NCBI GenBank assembly: GCA_000708835.1
Contig: DF236952.1
Location: 372,001 to 436,000 of the forward strand
Direction: 5' to 3'
From: Klebsormidium nitens
Lineage: Eukaryota > Plantae > Klebsormidiophyceae
Length of the DNA: 64,000 bases
This document shows positions 24,301 to 36,556 of this stretch, in pieces; the first letter of the stretch is position 1; the number at the start of each line of letters is the position of its first letter. The notes under the pieces were generated by a model. That model did not search any database, was not told the origin of the DNA, and saw only the letters and a program-made list of their open reading frames with translations. A program made the position numbers and the translations under genes.

Positions 24301-25725
24301 CAAACTGGGCAAAGAACGAGCACCTCACCGGGGTGTTTCCCACGGAGATCCTGTGCTTCGTGGCCGCGGGGACGTCCACGTTGTTGTACCCGACCGCCAT
24401 GTTGCTGAACGCGTGACCCCCCGCCTTGTCGAGCGCGCCAAAGAGCTCCTCGCCCCAGTCCTCCGTCAGTTGGCCGATGACGCCATCGCACTTGTCGCCG
24501 ATCAGCTTGATGATGTCAGCGTTGCTCAGAATCGTCTTGGACGCAGTGCAGATCTGCGGGGGGGTGGGGGGGTGAATGAGGTGCCGCGTCGACAGAAAGC
24601 GGCTAGGCCCACCAGCTTCGCTTCCTACAGCTTTGTACCCTGCCTCTCTAGCAGAATCCTGTCCCAGGTCTGTGACTTTGTATATCACGTGACTGATTTT
24701 AGCGTTCCATTGGTCCGGAGGACCCAAAATGAGCGCTCACCCAGTTTGATCGATGCGGAACCTAATGACAAGGAACCTGGATTTAATCAGGAACTCGGAG
24801 GAAGCTTTCGGGTAGTGTGAAATACATGTAAGGACAGGGCTGAAGAGCGGAGTGAGGGTTTTGTAAAGAGCTTCAGAGTGTTCGCGGTGGGTTTAGAGCG
24901 TGTGCGAAAACGAGGTATCGAGGAGAATTGGGTTTTTGCGTAAGGATAAAGGATTTGAGGACGTCGATGGTTGAAGGAGCGGAGATGGAAGCATTAGGAG
25001 TGGGTTACAATCAGCTACAATTGTCAGTTAATAGTCGTGAATCGAAAACTCCTCTCAGTACAAATCACATGCTGAGCTTGTGACATTGAATTCTCGTATG
25101 TCTTGCAGCATCCTTGACTGACAGGGATGCGAGGAACCTATTTCTTATGCCCAGAATGTTGTACGGAGCCTTGAGTTAACAATTGGGAAGCTGCCAGCAA
25201 GCCATTCATTTCTGTCCTTCTCAATGTCTTTGTCCTCAAAGAATCTTGAGCCACCAGAGATGAAGGACAGCTCTTGCGCAACAAGCAACTTGTGAACTCA
25301 AAGAATCTCTTGTGTGCCTATCAAAAGTTACTGAAGTCTGACGTTCCAAGCAAACATGAGACATCACTGGAGTCAACTAGGTCGTACAAAAGCTGGTGGT
25401 CGTGTATCAACAAGCTTCGTAGATAAAAGCATTTAGAAATCGCTGCCAATCGACTAAAAACGCGGCCACATCTGAAAGCATATACTGAGTGATCGACGCA
25501 GTCTGACAAACCGAGAGAAAAGGGAGTCAAGTCCAAGTTACAAGAAAGTATAGAAAAAGCGCGGAACGAAGTTCCCACCTCGACCCGGCAGTCTGCCTTG
25601 ACCAACAGATCGACCCACCGATCGCCCGGCATGGGTTTTGTGGAGATAACCCGGAAGCGGCCATCAGGGTTAACCACCTTGACCGGCAGAGTACCAAACC
25701 CAAAGATGCCGGCAACCTGGTTCAT
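18332..25725 (-). CDS. HPR1: Peroxisomal hydroxypyruvate reductase / glycerate dehydrogenase, 8 exons, 396 aa
   Basis: Exons complement(25579..25725, 24329..24553, 23276..23479, 22436..22508, 21543..21709, 20555..20662, 19076..19198, 18332..18475) = 1191 nt, open. Hallmarks: [55 protein letters not shown] (Rossmann), [31 protein letters not shown]-terminal SSL*. An in-frame TGA lies upstream of the ATG. Confidence 0.95.
19330..19995 (-). repeat. Five acceptor-side echoes of HPR1 exon 7
   Basis: AG|GATGAGCC..AAGATGAAGCCCGGTT copies with acceptor positions 19369, 19523, 19688, 19820 and 19986 (mutated), versus the real one at 19199. Confidence 0.9.
20750..21440 (-). repeat. HPR1 intron 5: three donor-side echoes of exon 5 plus acceptor-side echo(es) of exon 6
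   Basis: CTCAACCT.ATGAAGAAG|GT copies with donors at 21388, 21232 and 21077 (GC), versus the real donor at 21541. CAG|AACGCCATTCTGAC... echo at ~20755-20850. Confidence 0.88.
21800..22340 (-). repeat. Four decayed echoes of the 5' part of HPR1 exon 5
   Basis: gccagtgcaccggctcctc-containing blocks at ~21800-21895, 21955-22025, 22090-22160 and 22255-22340 copy 21620-21712. Confidence 0.8.
22950..23800 (-). repeat. Echoes on both sides of HPR1 exon 3 (two donor-side, two acceptor-side)
   Basis: Donor-side copies of [18 protein letters not shown]|GT at ~23115-23185 and ~22955-23050. Acceptor-side copies of [19 protein letters not shown] at ~23560-23640 and ~23735-23795. Confidence 0.85.
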
Positions 25726-26915
25726 TGTGCCTGGTTATATACGTAGGTCTGGTGATGTTGAATGTCAGCTGCGTACCTGTTGAGAACACAGCTTTCCTGG
25801 ATAAGTGGTGCATTGCAAGGGCTGGCTCCAGCTTGTGGGAACGCCACTTTCCTGCTTCACTCAATTGTAGATAGAAAGAAGTTCAAATGCGAAATGAGTT
25901 ACTTCTTTCCAGTCGTCTAAGGAATGTTGGGTTTCCCTACATTGTGCCTTCGAAGGTGACGGAGACTTAAGTTCGGAAGTTTAAAAGCAAAAAGAGAGCT
26001 GCACACTGATTGCATTGTAACTTGTAAGCGAGCAGCTTCCCAAGGTGTTGGATATGCTCTAATCAAATTGCCTGCAATGCATTCGGGCAGCTCTCGCATT
26101 TTTAAGAAAACAGCAATACTTCAGATCAATCTTATTTCTGAATTGAGCATGGAAAGTCAAATTTCTGACAAGCTTCAACGACTTTCTGATAGTTGCCTAC
26201 AAATATTTGAGGACTCATTGACAAGATGCAACAAAAATCGTTACAATGCAATGCCAAGCTTGCATGCAAACCCCTTGCAAACTCACCGCCACTCTTTCTT
26301 TGTCGGGCCCGCGTCTCCCTTCCTTTCAGTTGGAGCAGTTGCGCCTCAAAATCCTCTCGAGGAGACGTATCCTTCTGTTGAAAGGTGCCTTGGTGCGGAC
26401 GAAAAGAGGCGCTATAAGTTCTTTCTGTACGCCTTTATTCCACTTGGGGTCACGTAACACCGCAGCGGCTTTCGAGCCTCGCGGGCAGGAAAGGAAAGGT
26501 GGTGGTCTATCTGGCAGTTTCAACGGCTGAGAAGCTCACCCACGTGATCGAAAGAGGAGACGTGGCAGCTGCTAATAGTAAAAGTGCACGCATTGTCACA
26601 TATCAGTCCAAGGCTCTCCAAAGCTCATGTGTGTGCTTTTGATGCTGCCTTCCCTTGCCTACATTCTTATTTTGCAGGCAGGTACCTACCGACTTCGGTA
26701 GGATTCAGCCAACGCAAGGTGATCATGGCCGCCTTTTATAGATGTAGCGCTTCAGAGTAGGTAGCTGTCAGGCAAGCCATGACCTCTTCAAAGGGGGGGC
26801 CTCTTTAATCTAGCCTCCTTTGCTGCTGATTGACCTCCTCGTGTGCGAAAAGTAGGTTGATCTCTGATTTTTATAGTTTGAATAAGGGCGGTGGCGCCAT
26901 TGCTCAGATCAAATC
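25726..26915. promoter_or_regulatory. Shared upstream region of divergently transcribed HPR1 and CruP-like genes
   Basis: The start codons point away from each other (25725 on -, 26916 on +). A candidate 5'UTR acceptor (ttctcaacag) for HPR1 lies at 25777-25779. No specific motif was identified. Confidence 0.45.
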
Positions 26916-29900
26916 ATGGAAGCCCTTCAAAAGAGAGCTTTAGTTGCGCCAAAGAATGCTGTGCATGCAGTGGGCCAAAACTGGGGCTGCATCAAAAGCA
27001 ATCAACTATGTCCGACCAGCAGAAGTGCATTCTCCACGCATTCACCACATTTCAAACTTAGTCATGTTGGATTGTCAAGGTGCGATGTTGTGGTGTCAGG
27101 GTGTGTGCACCCTTTGACTCAAGCAGCGTTGCAGAGAACATGCAGAACCAGCGGGTTGTTGATTGGGCAGCGAAAAACTTGCTATTCTACTAGACAGCTG
27201 TCCTCTGTTGGGCTTTCAGATTCTCAGCTTATGGGAGTGCATAAAATACCGGAGCAACCGTCTCTTTCATGCGGCCAGCGAGGAAGCCCACGTAGATCCA
27301 CCGGCCCTCGGTCGGCCGCGAGCATAGTATCAGAGCCGGCCCCCCCGGCCCCCGAAGATCTCGATTCCCAGTCCCTCACGCAGCGCATCATGGAAGCCAC
27401 CGAGGGGCGGGATTCGCAAACGGGGGGCGCCGGCGGAGCGGTTAGCTACGCAGCTCTGAAGCGAGCGGACCAAAACTGGGCGCGGATCCGGACGATGAAA
27501 ACTGGGCGGGAAGCCGGGCCGGCTCCAGAAACGGTGAAAGAGAGACGGGGTTCCTGGAGGGATGTGGGCACTTCTGGGCAGGAGAATCTGGGCGTGTATG
27601 ACGTCGTTGTTTGCGGGGGCACGTTGGGGGTATTTCTAGCGACGGCACTGCAGCTGCGGGGGAAGAGGGTGGCAATTGTGGAGCGGGGCGTCCTGATGGG
27701 GGTGAGAATGTCGGAACGCTCATTCCTTCATTGACAAGATCTGTCCACTCGGCCTCTCACCAGACAGTAGATTGTTGACTATAAAAATGGCACTTGAGGG
27801 CTGTGAAGAAGCTTGCTTTCTGGGTTCTCTCTTCCACAAGTCGATTGTAAAGCTAGGCATCTGGTGAGAATGTCAGCTTGTCTTTCTGTCAATAAGAACT
27901 GGCCTACGGCTCTTGAATGATTATCACCTGATCGACTCGGTTTGAAAGAACCGAGTATGAGAAGCAGGTTGCTTTCTGCGTTCTTCCCCCCACGTAGTGG
28001 TCGGCAGAGCTGGACTCCTAACGGGGTTCAGGAATCAATGACAAATCCTGCGCTTTTGTTGTCCCTCTCAAAAAGCATGGCTGGACACGCGTACGAAAAC
28101 ATAATAATGAATGTTGTAAAAGTAAGCTTGATGCGGCGCTTCCCGTCTCCTGATTCACTGTCCGGACTGTGCTGTGCAGAGGGCACAGGAATGGAACATT
28201 TCCAAGCAGGAGATGCAAAGCCTGGTGGAGATGGGCGTCTTGACACAGGAGGAGGTGGAGGACTCAATATCCATCGAGTTTAACCCAGTGAGTGTCAATT
28301 GTCTTCTCCCACTGCAGCTCAGGGAGAGACTTTGTATTGTCCCGAAAAGCTTTAGTTCGTAAACGAAATTGCGGACGCTTACATACTCTTTGAAGCCCTA
28401 CGCAGTTCTGGGCAAATCATTGTCCAAGCTCCTGCAAGAAACGTGGTGATAATCTCTGCAGAGCCAACTTTTGATTGATTCTTCGCGCCCGTACGTAGAC
28501 CTCTTTGTTTGGGACCTCAGTTAAACAGACAGATTCCAAGCACTTGTTCTCGAAGCAGAAGCATCTTCCTTTGCTCCGGCCTTGATGTCTGAGTGTTGAT
28601 ATCATATCTCTCCAGGGCCGCTGCGGCTTTTACAACGGGACCCAAATCCTTGTTAACGATGTCCTTAATTTGGGGGTTTCGCCGGCGAAGCTGATCGAGT
28701 CTGCCAAACGGCGGTTCGTAGAGCGAGGGGGAGTTCTCCTCGAGAAAACGGGACTGGAAAACGTTGACGTTTTTGCGGATGGAGCGGTGCTGAATCTTGG
28801 GGAGAAGAAGCTGGTCGCAAAGCTCGTGATCGATGCGATGGGGCATGCTTCGCCAATTGTCCGGCAGGTGAGAGGTTTAGGAATGGACTGTTGCATGCTC
28901 AAATCCTCGTGCTTATTCTCTCTTTCTTCCCCGTCCGTCGTCCTGTTGGCGTCGTCCTTCACCTTTCGATTGTTCGGGTCCTCTTCGATCACCCAAGATA
29001 AGGCGAAAGAAGAAAGGTTCTTAAAGTCAAGCGAAAGTTGCTGGCGAGATTGTGTATTCTGCCGAAGTTTATGACAGAAGGGCCTAGTTGTGTCGTTTCC
29101 GAACATAGCCCTTTCGAACGGAGTCAAACGGACCCTGTCTGCAACGGTTGTTTGCATGTCGCAAGTTGATTGATACGCTGCAGGTCAGGCCACTTTTCTG
29201 CATTGTTTTGTCCAAGCGGGGGTCTCTCTGTCTTGCTACTGAAGATGAAACACGGAAACGGGAGCGAAACACTGGGGCGAAAGCAGGCATGTTGGAAAGT
29301 TCCAAAAGTCGACGTGTTGCGGAAGGCCATGCGTGGGGGTATGTTAGTGCCACAGACTTTGGATCGTCTCTACTAATCGTCGAAAACAAGTTTCAGCTAT
29401 GCGTGCTAGAGCACTATGACAACGCGAGGTGCATAGGACGAGATCATGGAGAAACGATGTTGAAAAGCTCTGTGTTATAGACAACGGTGTGACTGAAGCG
29501 CTCCTTCTCGTGCAGTTGCGGTGGGGCCGCAAGCCGGACGGGGTGTGCCTGGTGGTGGGCGCGTGCGCGCGCGGCTTCCCGGAGGAGACCAACACCGGGG
29601 GTGACGTCATCCTCACCAATGCGCCCGCGACCCGCAAGGGCCGCTCGCCGCTGCAGTACTTCTGGGAGGTAAGTCTGAGAGAGACGGTTGTTGCGGCTAC
29701 GTCTGGGGGGAAGGATTGCTCCTTGACGGTTACATCGGTATCAAAAGCTTGTTGGTTTCTCCACTTTCTGAAGATGCCGCGAGTTCGATGTCTGAAAGGT
29801 GGAAGTTCACTATCATTTAGGAAGAAGACGCGCAAACGGTAATTTGCATTTGTCTCCGACCCCTTTTTGTTTGACATCATCCCAGTCTTGAGAAGAAGCT

Positions 29901-32900
29901 CTGGTGAGAAACGATTGGTCCAATTGCGAAAAGCCTTGTTTCGAGGGGCAGAGCCGACAGCACCTGGAACGATCCACTCTTATTCTGCCAAGCCTCGACT
30001 CGCAGCCGTCACAAGCTGACAATGTATAATGATCAAAGGGCTCCCAAAACTCGTACACTCAGCAACGTATTAAGCGATCAAGAAATGACAATCTCAATCC
30101 AAGTGACATGTCTTCAGGCCTTTCCTGCGGGATCCGGCCCCGGAGACCGAACGACATATATGTTCACCTATTTGGATGCCCATCCGGACCGGCCATCTTT
30201 AGAGTCCCTGCTCGAGGACTATTGGCAGCTGATGCCTAAGTACCAGGTAAGGGAAGCCTAGAGGCTTACGAGGGAGCTTAGACGATTATTCTAATATGTC
30301 AGAGACTCGGGGTGCTTTTCAGGATGAACGTGCAGATCGAAGGGTTTGGGGATGCTTTTAGAGCCTCGGTGAAGCGATCTTAGGCTGTGCATAAGGCTGG
30401 AAGAATGTTGGAGGTTCGAGAGTGTCAATATGAAGGGCTGGGCCGTCCAAGTTTTGGAGCAAGATACGGGAGTGGGAATCAGAGAAGTTCGAAGAACGCT
30501 GGTTAGCATCAGAGGGCGTCATGAAACCCGTGGACCTAACGTCACAGGGCGATCACGGAGTCCGCAACTCTCTTCCTTGTCGCCAAGAAAAGGTGATATC
30601 AGAGTGCAAGTGGCCGTGTGCTGAACATTGCATAGACGCCTTTCGAAGGACGACAAATGGTGATTTCGCGTGGGGTCTTGTAGACGCTGGTGACAATCTA
30701 GATTGGAGTGTGTAGCTAGTTTGGGGATTTGACGATGCTGGTGCGCAGGTCACTAATTGTGTAAGGTTCGGCATGAGGTGGTTCTCAAGCGGAGGGATTC
30801 TGCACAGGTTGGCCTTTGAGAGGAAACGCTAAAGCTGCTCCAAGGCTTGTAAAACTCTGCCGTTTCAACACTGGTCTTGACGGTTGTCCCTGTTTAGTCG
30901 AGACTCTGAATTTGACACGTGGCGCTCTTCTGTCGCAGGGCGTCAAACTTGAGAACCTCGAGTTTCTGCGAGTGCTGTTTGGCTGCTTCCCCACTTACAG
31001 AAGCAGTCCGCTGCAGCCCGGTTTTGACAGGGTACTGCAGGTAAGCTCCGCTTTCGCCGTTCTGAATTGGTCATGCAGCTGAGGATTCTTCTCGACGTGT
31101 CATATCGTTAAACAGGCACCGCTCTTGAGCAGATTTGATTCACAATAGGCTCGAGACGCGTTTTCAGTTCATACTAGTTGGGGGCGCAAAATTGCCTTTC
31201 TGACGAGTCTCTGAAGAGCCGGAAGTCGTGCACTTTACTTGCATCTAATGCATGGCTTCTTTTACGAACAGAGCGGTGTGTAAATTAGTGTCACCGTCCT
31301 CTTTTCTGGTGCCAGCTTTTCAAAAGCTGTCTCCCATTAGAGGAGACTCTGACGACCAGCCGTCGTTGATTCTGAACTCCTTTTTGGAGATTGGCTGCAT
31401 ATGTTCGTCGGAGTGTAAGGATCATTCCGGTCGTATATCCATCTTGCAATCCCAGTCTTCTGTTGGCTCCAGTGAACAGCCATTCACGAAGGCGTCTGGC
31501 TTTCACCTGCGGCTGGCAGTATGTCTCACGAGTTAAACGGGTTGCAAACTGATTTGCCGGCGCTGAAAGAGGACGTGGGTTTCCTCGTGGTTTTGGCGAC
31601 TCGACAGACTGAGCTCAATCACACAATCGCCGCGACCATAATGCCACGCGCTTATGCATGGCGACTGTCAAATTTGGATAACGGCGAAAAAGTCGCCGGT
31701 GCAGATGCCTCTGCGCACGCCCACTCTTAAGATGCCACAATTTCCGGCAGATCGGCGATGCGAGCGGGATCCAGTCGCCGCTCTCGTTCGGCGGCTTTGG
31801 CGCAATCACTCGGCACATCGGACGGTTGACGGACGGCATCTCGGACGCACTAGATGCGGACTTGTTGAAGAAGCGGGACCTCGCACTGCTCAACCCATAT
31901 CAGGTATGCCTCAAATCTTGTGAGTGCGACTTAACCGACGACAACAAGAATTGGTCAGTCCGATCGGAGGATTGTTTCGTTTCTGTGGACCCCTGTCAGC
32001 TCCTGTCCTGAAGCTGGGTCGTTTGCGTTTCCGATTTTACAACCCACCTGATTGCTGCACTTAGGATCGGATCTCGTGTTCCTTTCACAGGAATCTCTAT
32101 TTAATCTCGGCCTCGTTTCTTGCAAGAATGTCTCGACTCTCACTTGTCGCCTTCATTACTCTTTGTTAAGAGTTTGTAAAAGTGCTACAATCCACGACGG
32201 TGGGCCTTGGCACGTTGTCTTTTCAAGGTGGCCCTCTATAAACATTCTTTTATGGTCAATCAAGCAAGTTGAGTACAACCCTTTCACACGCAAAGGGACT
32301 ACAGTCGACCCTGTTAAGAAGTCTGTTTAGAAGTTACAATGGCCGATTCTTGAGGTAAATATTCCCCTCCGATGCAAGACTTTCTGTCCTCTTACAGCCC
32401 AACCTGAGCGGCGCGTGGCTGCTCCAGAAGTCGATGTCGTACGAAGTGGGATCCAATCCGCCGCCCAATTTCATCAACGAGCTGCTGTCGGTCAACTTCG
32501 GGTGCATGCAGCGCCTGGGGGAGCCCATTCTCCGACCCTTCCTTCAGGTGGGCTCTTCTCGCTGCTCCCGCTTTCGCATCCTTCTTTTTTTGTGTTTTTA
32601 CGACCGCTCTATGTCACTAAGTTTCTTTCTTAGGAGGGAAAAACAAAGAGTAACGCCTTCTTTCTACCTGCACGGAACAAACACACGCGCTTGGAGACGA
32701 TGCAGAAAAGGAGATTTTGACCACGGTATCCTTCCCTCCATGAGATGTGCCCTCATATTCCTAGTGATAGCGTTGCTTCTAGCTGTTTGATCGTCAAAAG
32801 GCTCATGAAGGTACGGGACAAGATTGGGCGCTTCGTGTTCCATGTTTCGTCGCGGGTACAAGCAATGATTGAGTAGATTACCCCCACGAAATCCGTTTGT

Positions 32901-35009
32901 AAGGCGCCTTTCAAAAGCTTGTGGTTTGCCAGACCCGATCTTTCTGCATTCTTGAAGCTATTTGCGTATGGTTTGCGTATGCGAGATTCATAACTCGGTG
33001 CTAGTGGTTGCTTCCCTTCAGCTTGAAACGGTTCAGATTTGCTCCGCGGATACTTCGCCTGCTGACGTGTCCGCCTAGTGCTTCAGGACGTGACGCAGTT
33101 CGTCCCGCTCGCGCTGACGATGGGCGCGATGATGGTGACGCGGCCGCTGCTGCTGCCCACCATTCTGAGACAGGTGAGTTTGATTCCGCTCCGTTCAGTC
33201 CGTTCTCTTTCCGGTCGTTCCGTTCGCATTTCATCTGCTCGCGCTGAAGATGGGCGCGATGATGGTGACACGACCGCTGATGCTGCCCACCATTCTGAGA
33301 CAGGTTTCTGAGACAGGCAAGTTTGATTCCGTTTCCTTTCCGGTCGTTCCGTTCGTATTTCATCTGCTTGCGCTGACGATGCGGCCGCTGATGGTGCCCA
33401 CCATTCTGAGACAGGCAAATTCGATTCCGTTCTCTTTCCGGTTGTTCCGTTCCTGTTTTATTCGCTCGCGCTGACGATGGGCGCGACGATGGTGACGCGG
33501 CCGCTGATGCTACCCACCAATTTGAGACAGGCGAGTTTGTTTCCTGCTCCGTTCCGGTCTCTTCCCGTTTATTCCGTTCGCGGTTGCATCTGCTTCCCCT
33601 CACGATGAGGCACAGTGGTAGCGAGACGGCTGCTTTTGTTGCCCCACCATGTTAAGACAGGGGAGTGTAACTTTGTGTCGTTCCGTTCCCTTCCAGTCCG
33701 TCCCGTTCGTTCCATTCTGCCTGCGCTCCCGGAGGGCGCAGGGGTGACTGCGCACGCTTTTGGCTGGCACTTCTTCTCTGGGATGCTGTTTGAAGACCGT
33801 TCATTCAGAGATCTTGGATCTGTTTCTTCTCCAAATTTGTGGAACGGGCCGATGGATGAGACGGTCACTTCATTCAAGCCGCCGCTCAAGCCTTATGGAG
33901 TAGGTTCAGCAGCGACAGTTCTTGCGGATCTGCAAAGCATCCTTAATAAGAATCTTCCAGACGACACACTGTTTCGTGAACGAGGTCTACTTGCCACGTA
34001 CCGGAAGAGAGTACTTTCACCATACGCATCACCCACCAACAGACAAAGAAGACGGCTTACGCAGAACCCTTTGTATGCTTCCGCAGGTTGGCTTGATCCC
34101 GCTCGTTGACTGGCTCCGCCATTTCGTCGGCCTGGCAGTGTACTCGCTTGCGCACAAGCTGTTCGCGCCCCTCGTCAGGTGAGCGCGTGCTTTGTCGTAA
34201 CCTTTGCGGCCAAAGGTAGTCAATATTTTTGGGTACAATCAAAACCCCATCCAAGGTCTTCGCACTCCGCACCTGTTCCGTCCTAAAGAGGGCTTCAGAG
34301 GACTGGTCCTACTTGACGTCAGCCGCATACGGCGGTTTTCGATTGCGCGGCAATCGTGCCCGTATTGAGACGCCGAATCTGAAAACCGATGTGAGGCGGA
34401 CCTGCGCCGCGTGCGGAAAAAAAGTGAAAAAGTTACCCCGGCCAAGTTTTGATCGCTTGATTTTTGGGCGAAAGTTGAGCGCACTTGCCAGTTGTGCTAG
34501 AAGAGTCTGTGCGCCCACGTTGGTTTCTAGATTCACCGCTCGGGCCGACATATGAAGTCTGACGCCCTTTCAACTCCTAAGTACGCTCCACCGTCCCGTT
34601 TACTGTTCATTGACCTTGCTGTACTGAGCTGATTGGAAACTTAGCACACATTTTTGAGTCAACTACAAGTGGGGTTCTTATTGCAGGATGGCAGAGAGCT
34701 GAGGGTCCGTTTCCTAGACTCCTTTGTGTTTCTTTGATTGGGCGAGTCGCCTCCAAACCTCTCACTTTCTTGAACCTGTTTGTCGCCCTTTGACTCTTTT
34801 CTTTGACTCTCCTCTCTGTCTCGACCGTTGCTTGTTCATTTTCTCCGCTGTTTGTGGGCCTAGCTTACTGCAACACTCTAAGCCGATGCACTCGCCAATT
34901 GTTTTCCAGGTGGTTGCTTCCCAGGCTCTCCCTTGCGCAGAGGTATCGGTGGAAACGGCGGCTAGAGGCTTGGGAGTATGGCTCCGGGTTGGATTACCGG
35001 CTTCATTGA
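26916..35009 (+). CDS. cruP: CruP-type lycopene cyclase paralog (FAD-dependent oxidoreductase), probable plastid transit peptide, 11 exons
   Basis: Exons 26916..27701, 28180..28287, 28616..28867, 29516..29668, 30118..30246, 30939..31040, 31751..31903, 32398..32547, 33087..33173, 34087..34178, 34910..35009 = 2112 nt, open. Motifs: YDVVVCGGTLGVF (FAD), QEWNISK, IDAMGHASPIVRQ, KPDGVCLVVG, QYFWEAFP, RTTYMFTY, IGDASGIQSPLSFGGFG, YQPNLS, RPFLQD, terminal WEYGSGLDY. The first exon is long and may hide an intron. Confidence 0.88.
33236..33540 (+). repeat. Three donor-side echoes of CruP exon 9
   Basis: cgcgctga.gatgggcgcga.gatggtgac.cg.ccgctgatgct.cccacca.t.tgagacagg copies ending at ~33303, ~33415 and ~33530, versus the real exon end at 33173. 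Confidence 0.9.
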
Positions 35010-36556
35010 GCATATGTCTTACTGGTGAGATTGCGACCATTCATCGTATGAACATTTCGTATGCTGCCGCCGGATCGCACTTCGAGCACCGATTGTAGTC
35101 AAGCCAGATCAGGAGCATAATGTACAGGCAGTGCGCACAAGTTACGGGTTAAATGTTTGTTCCAGACCTTCGCGTTTCGCAGTTGAGATATCGAAGCATA
35201 TTTAGCGAACTTGCAACGAGTCATGTCACTTAGAGACGGCTAGCTAGTCGATCTGCTGGTAATCGAACATAACAGAACTGACGTTGTGCAAGTGGACAAC
35301 GATATGATGCAAAGCTAGTTGTCATGGAAGTTACAGAGCAGAGTGCCGCCTGCCAGAAATCCTGCACTGTCTTGGTTTGTGTGCATCAACAATGTTTGCA
35401 TGTCTTGCTTCACTGACCCTTCATGTATTGCGTGAAAATGGTCGTCGGCATGTCCGTTGAAAGCTGCCTGGCTGTAGCTTGAAGTTGGAATGAAACGTAG
35501 TACGGCCGTTGCTGTGTTCGTCAGCTTGCTTAAAAACTGCGAGTCGGACAGGATATAGCTTCTGAGCTAGCTCACATTTGCACGGCCAGATAGTTGCGCA
35601 TGCGCAAATCAAACTTACAATGCACTGCATCAGTTAATCGGGCCAATAAGGACCAGGTTCGACAACGTGCATGAATGACCCCATAAGACGGATCTCAGGA
35701 ATACGGAATATCAGTTTATTTGAGGCTTGGAATCTGATATTTCCATGAACCCAACAAATGCCGGTTCCAGGGCGCGGCGGTCGCATCATGCATCAATTAA
35801 TCATGTCCATCTGATGCATGGTCAGCCGGCACCGGCGGGCAGTATAAGCTTGCATGAGGTCAAGCTTGAACGCTGCGGCAGTTTCGGGAGAAGGCAGATC
35901 AGGCCGATGAAAACAGTCCATGCATGCGCATGATTGATTTTCGACCAGCGTCCCAGCTGACGCCTAGCTCTAGGAATTCAACGCAGTAAAATGATACAAA
36001 GTTAAGTCAGTCATTTGTACTTTCTGATTACAATCTGAATGGCGTACTGGAAACCAGCTGACTTGAGTGACCAGCTCGGAAGCAAACCGTCGATGGAGAC
36101 TTTGGCCAACAGTCTTACGCGAGGAGTTCGCGAACATCGGCTTACTGCAGCGGGACTTGCGCAAGTGATATCGATCCACCAAGCAATTGGTATAGCTGAG
36201 ATACAAATACTGTATACAGCATTTTTGCCAAATGTAGTCCGATTGGTCTACTTGTGTGTATGTCGAGCTCAATGGACGTGGGGAGTGGCGTTGTTCTTAA
36301 CGTGAAAGGGTACAAAGTGTTTGTGTTCTTCTCTTTTCCTCTGCATGCCGAGACGAAAGAATAAGCAACCTTGATCTACTCATTGATACTCTGCTCGTAA
36401 GTCGGAACCACCGTTCACTTCTGTCTCGTCTTGATTGCCTCTAATCGGAACTGCTCTCCTGCCAAACGACAGACACCATTACTTCGGATTCAAATGTACA
36501 ACTTTTGGCAGACTGTATGTATACTTGCAGGACTTGTGACTTGTGACCTCACAAAC

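Noticed and set aside
33001-33603. 200-aa minus-strand ORF with repeated NGGHHQR/ERNDRK motifs
   Set aside because: It is the antisense translation of the CruP exon 9 echo array.
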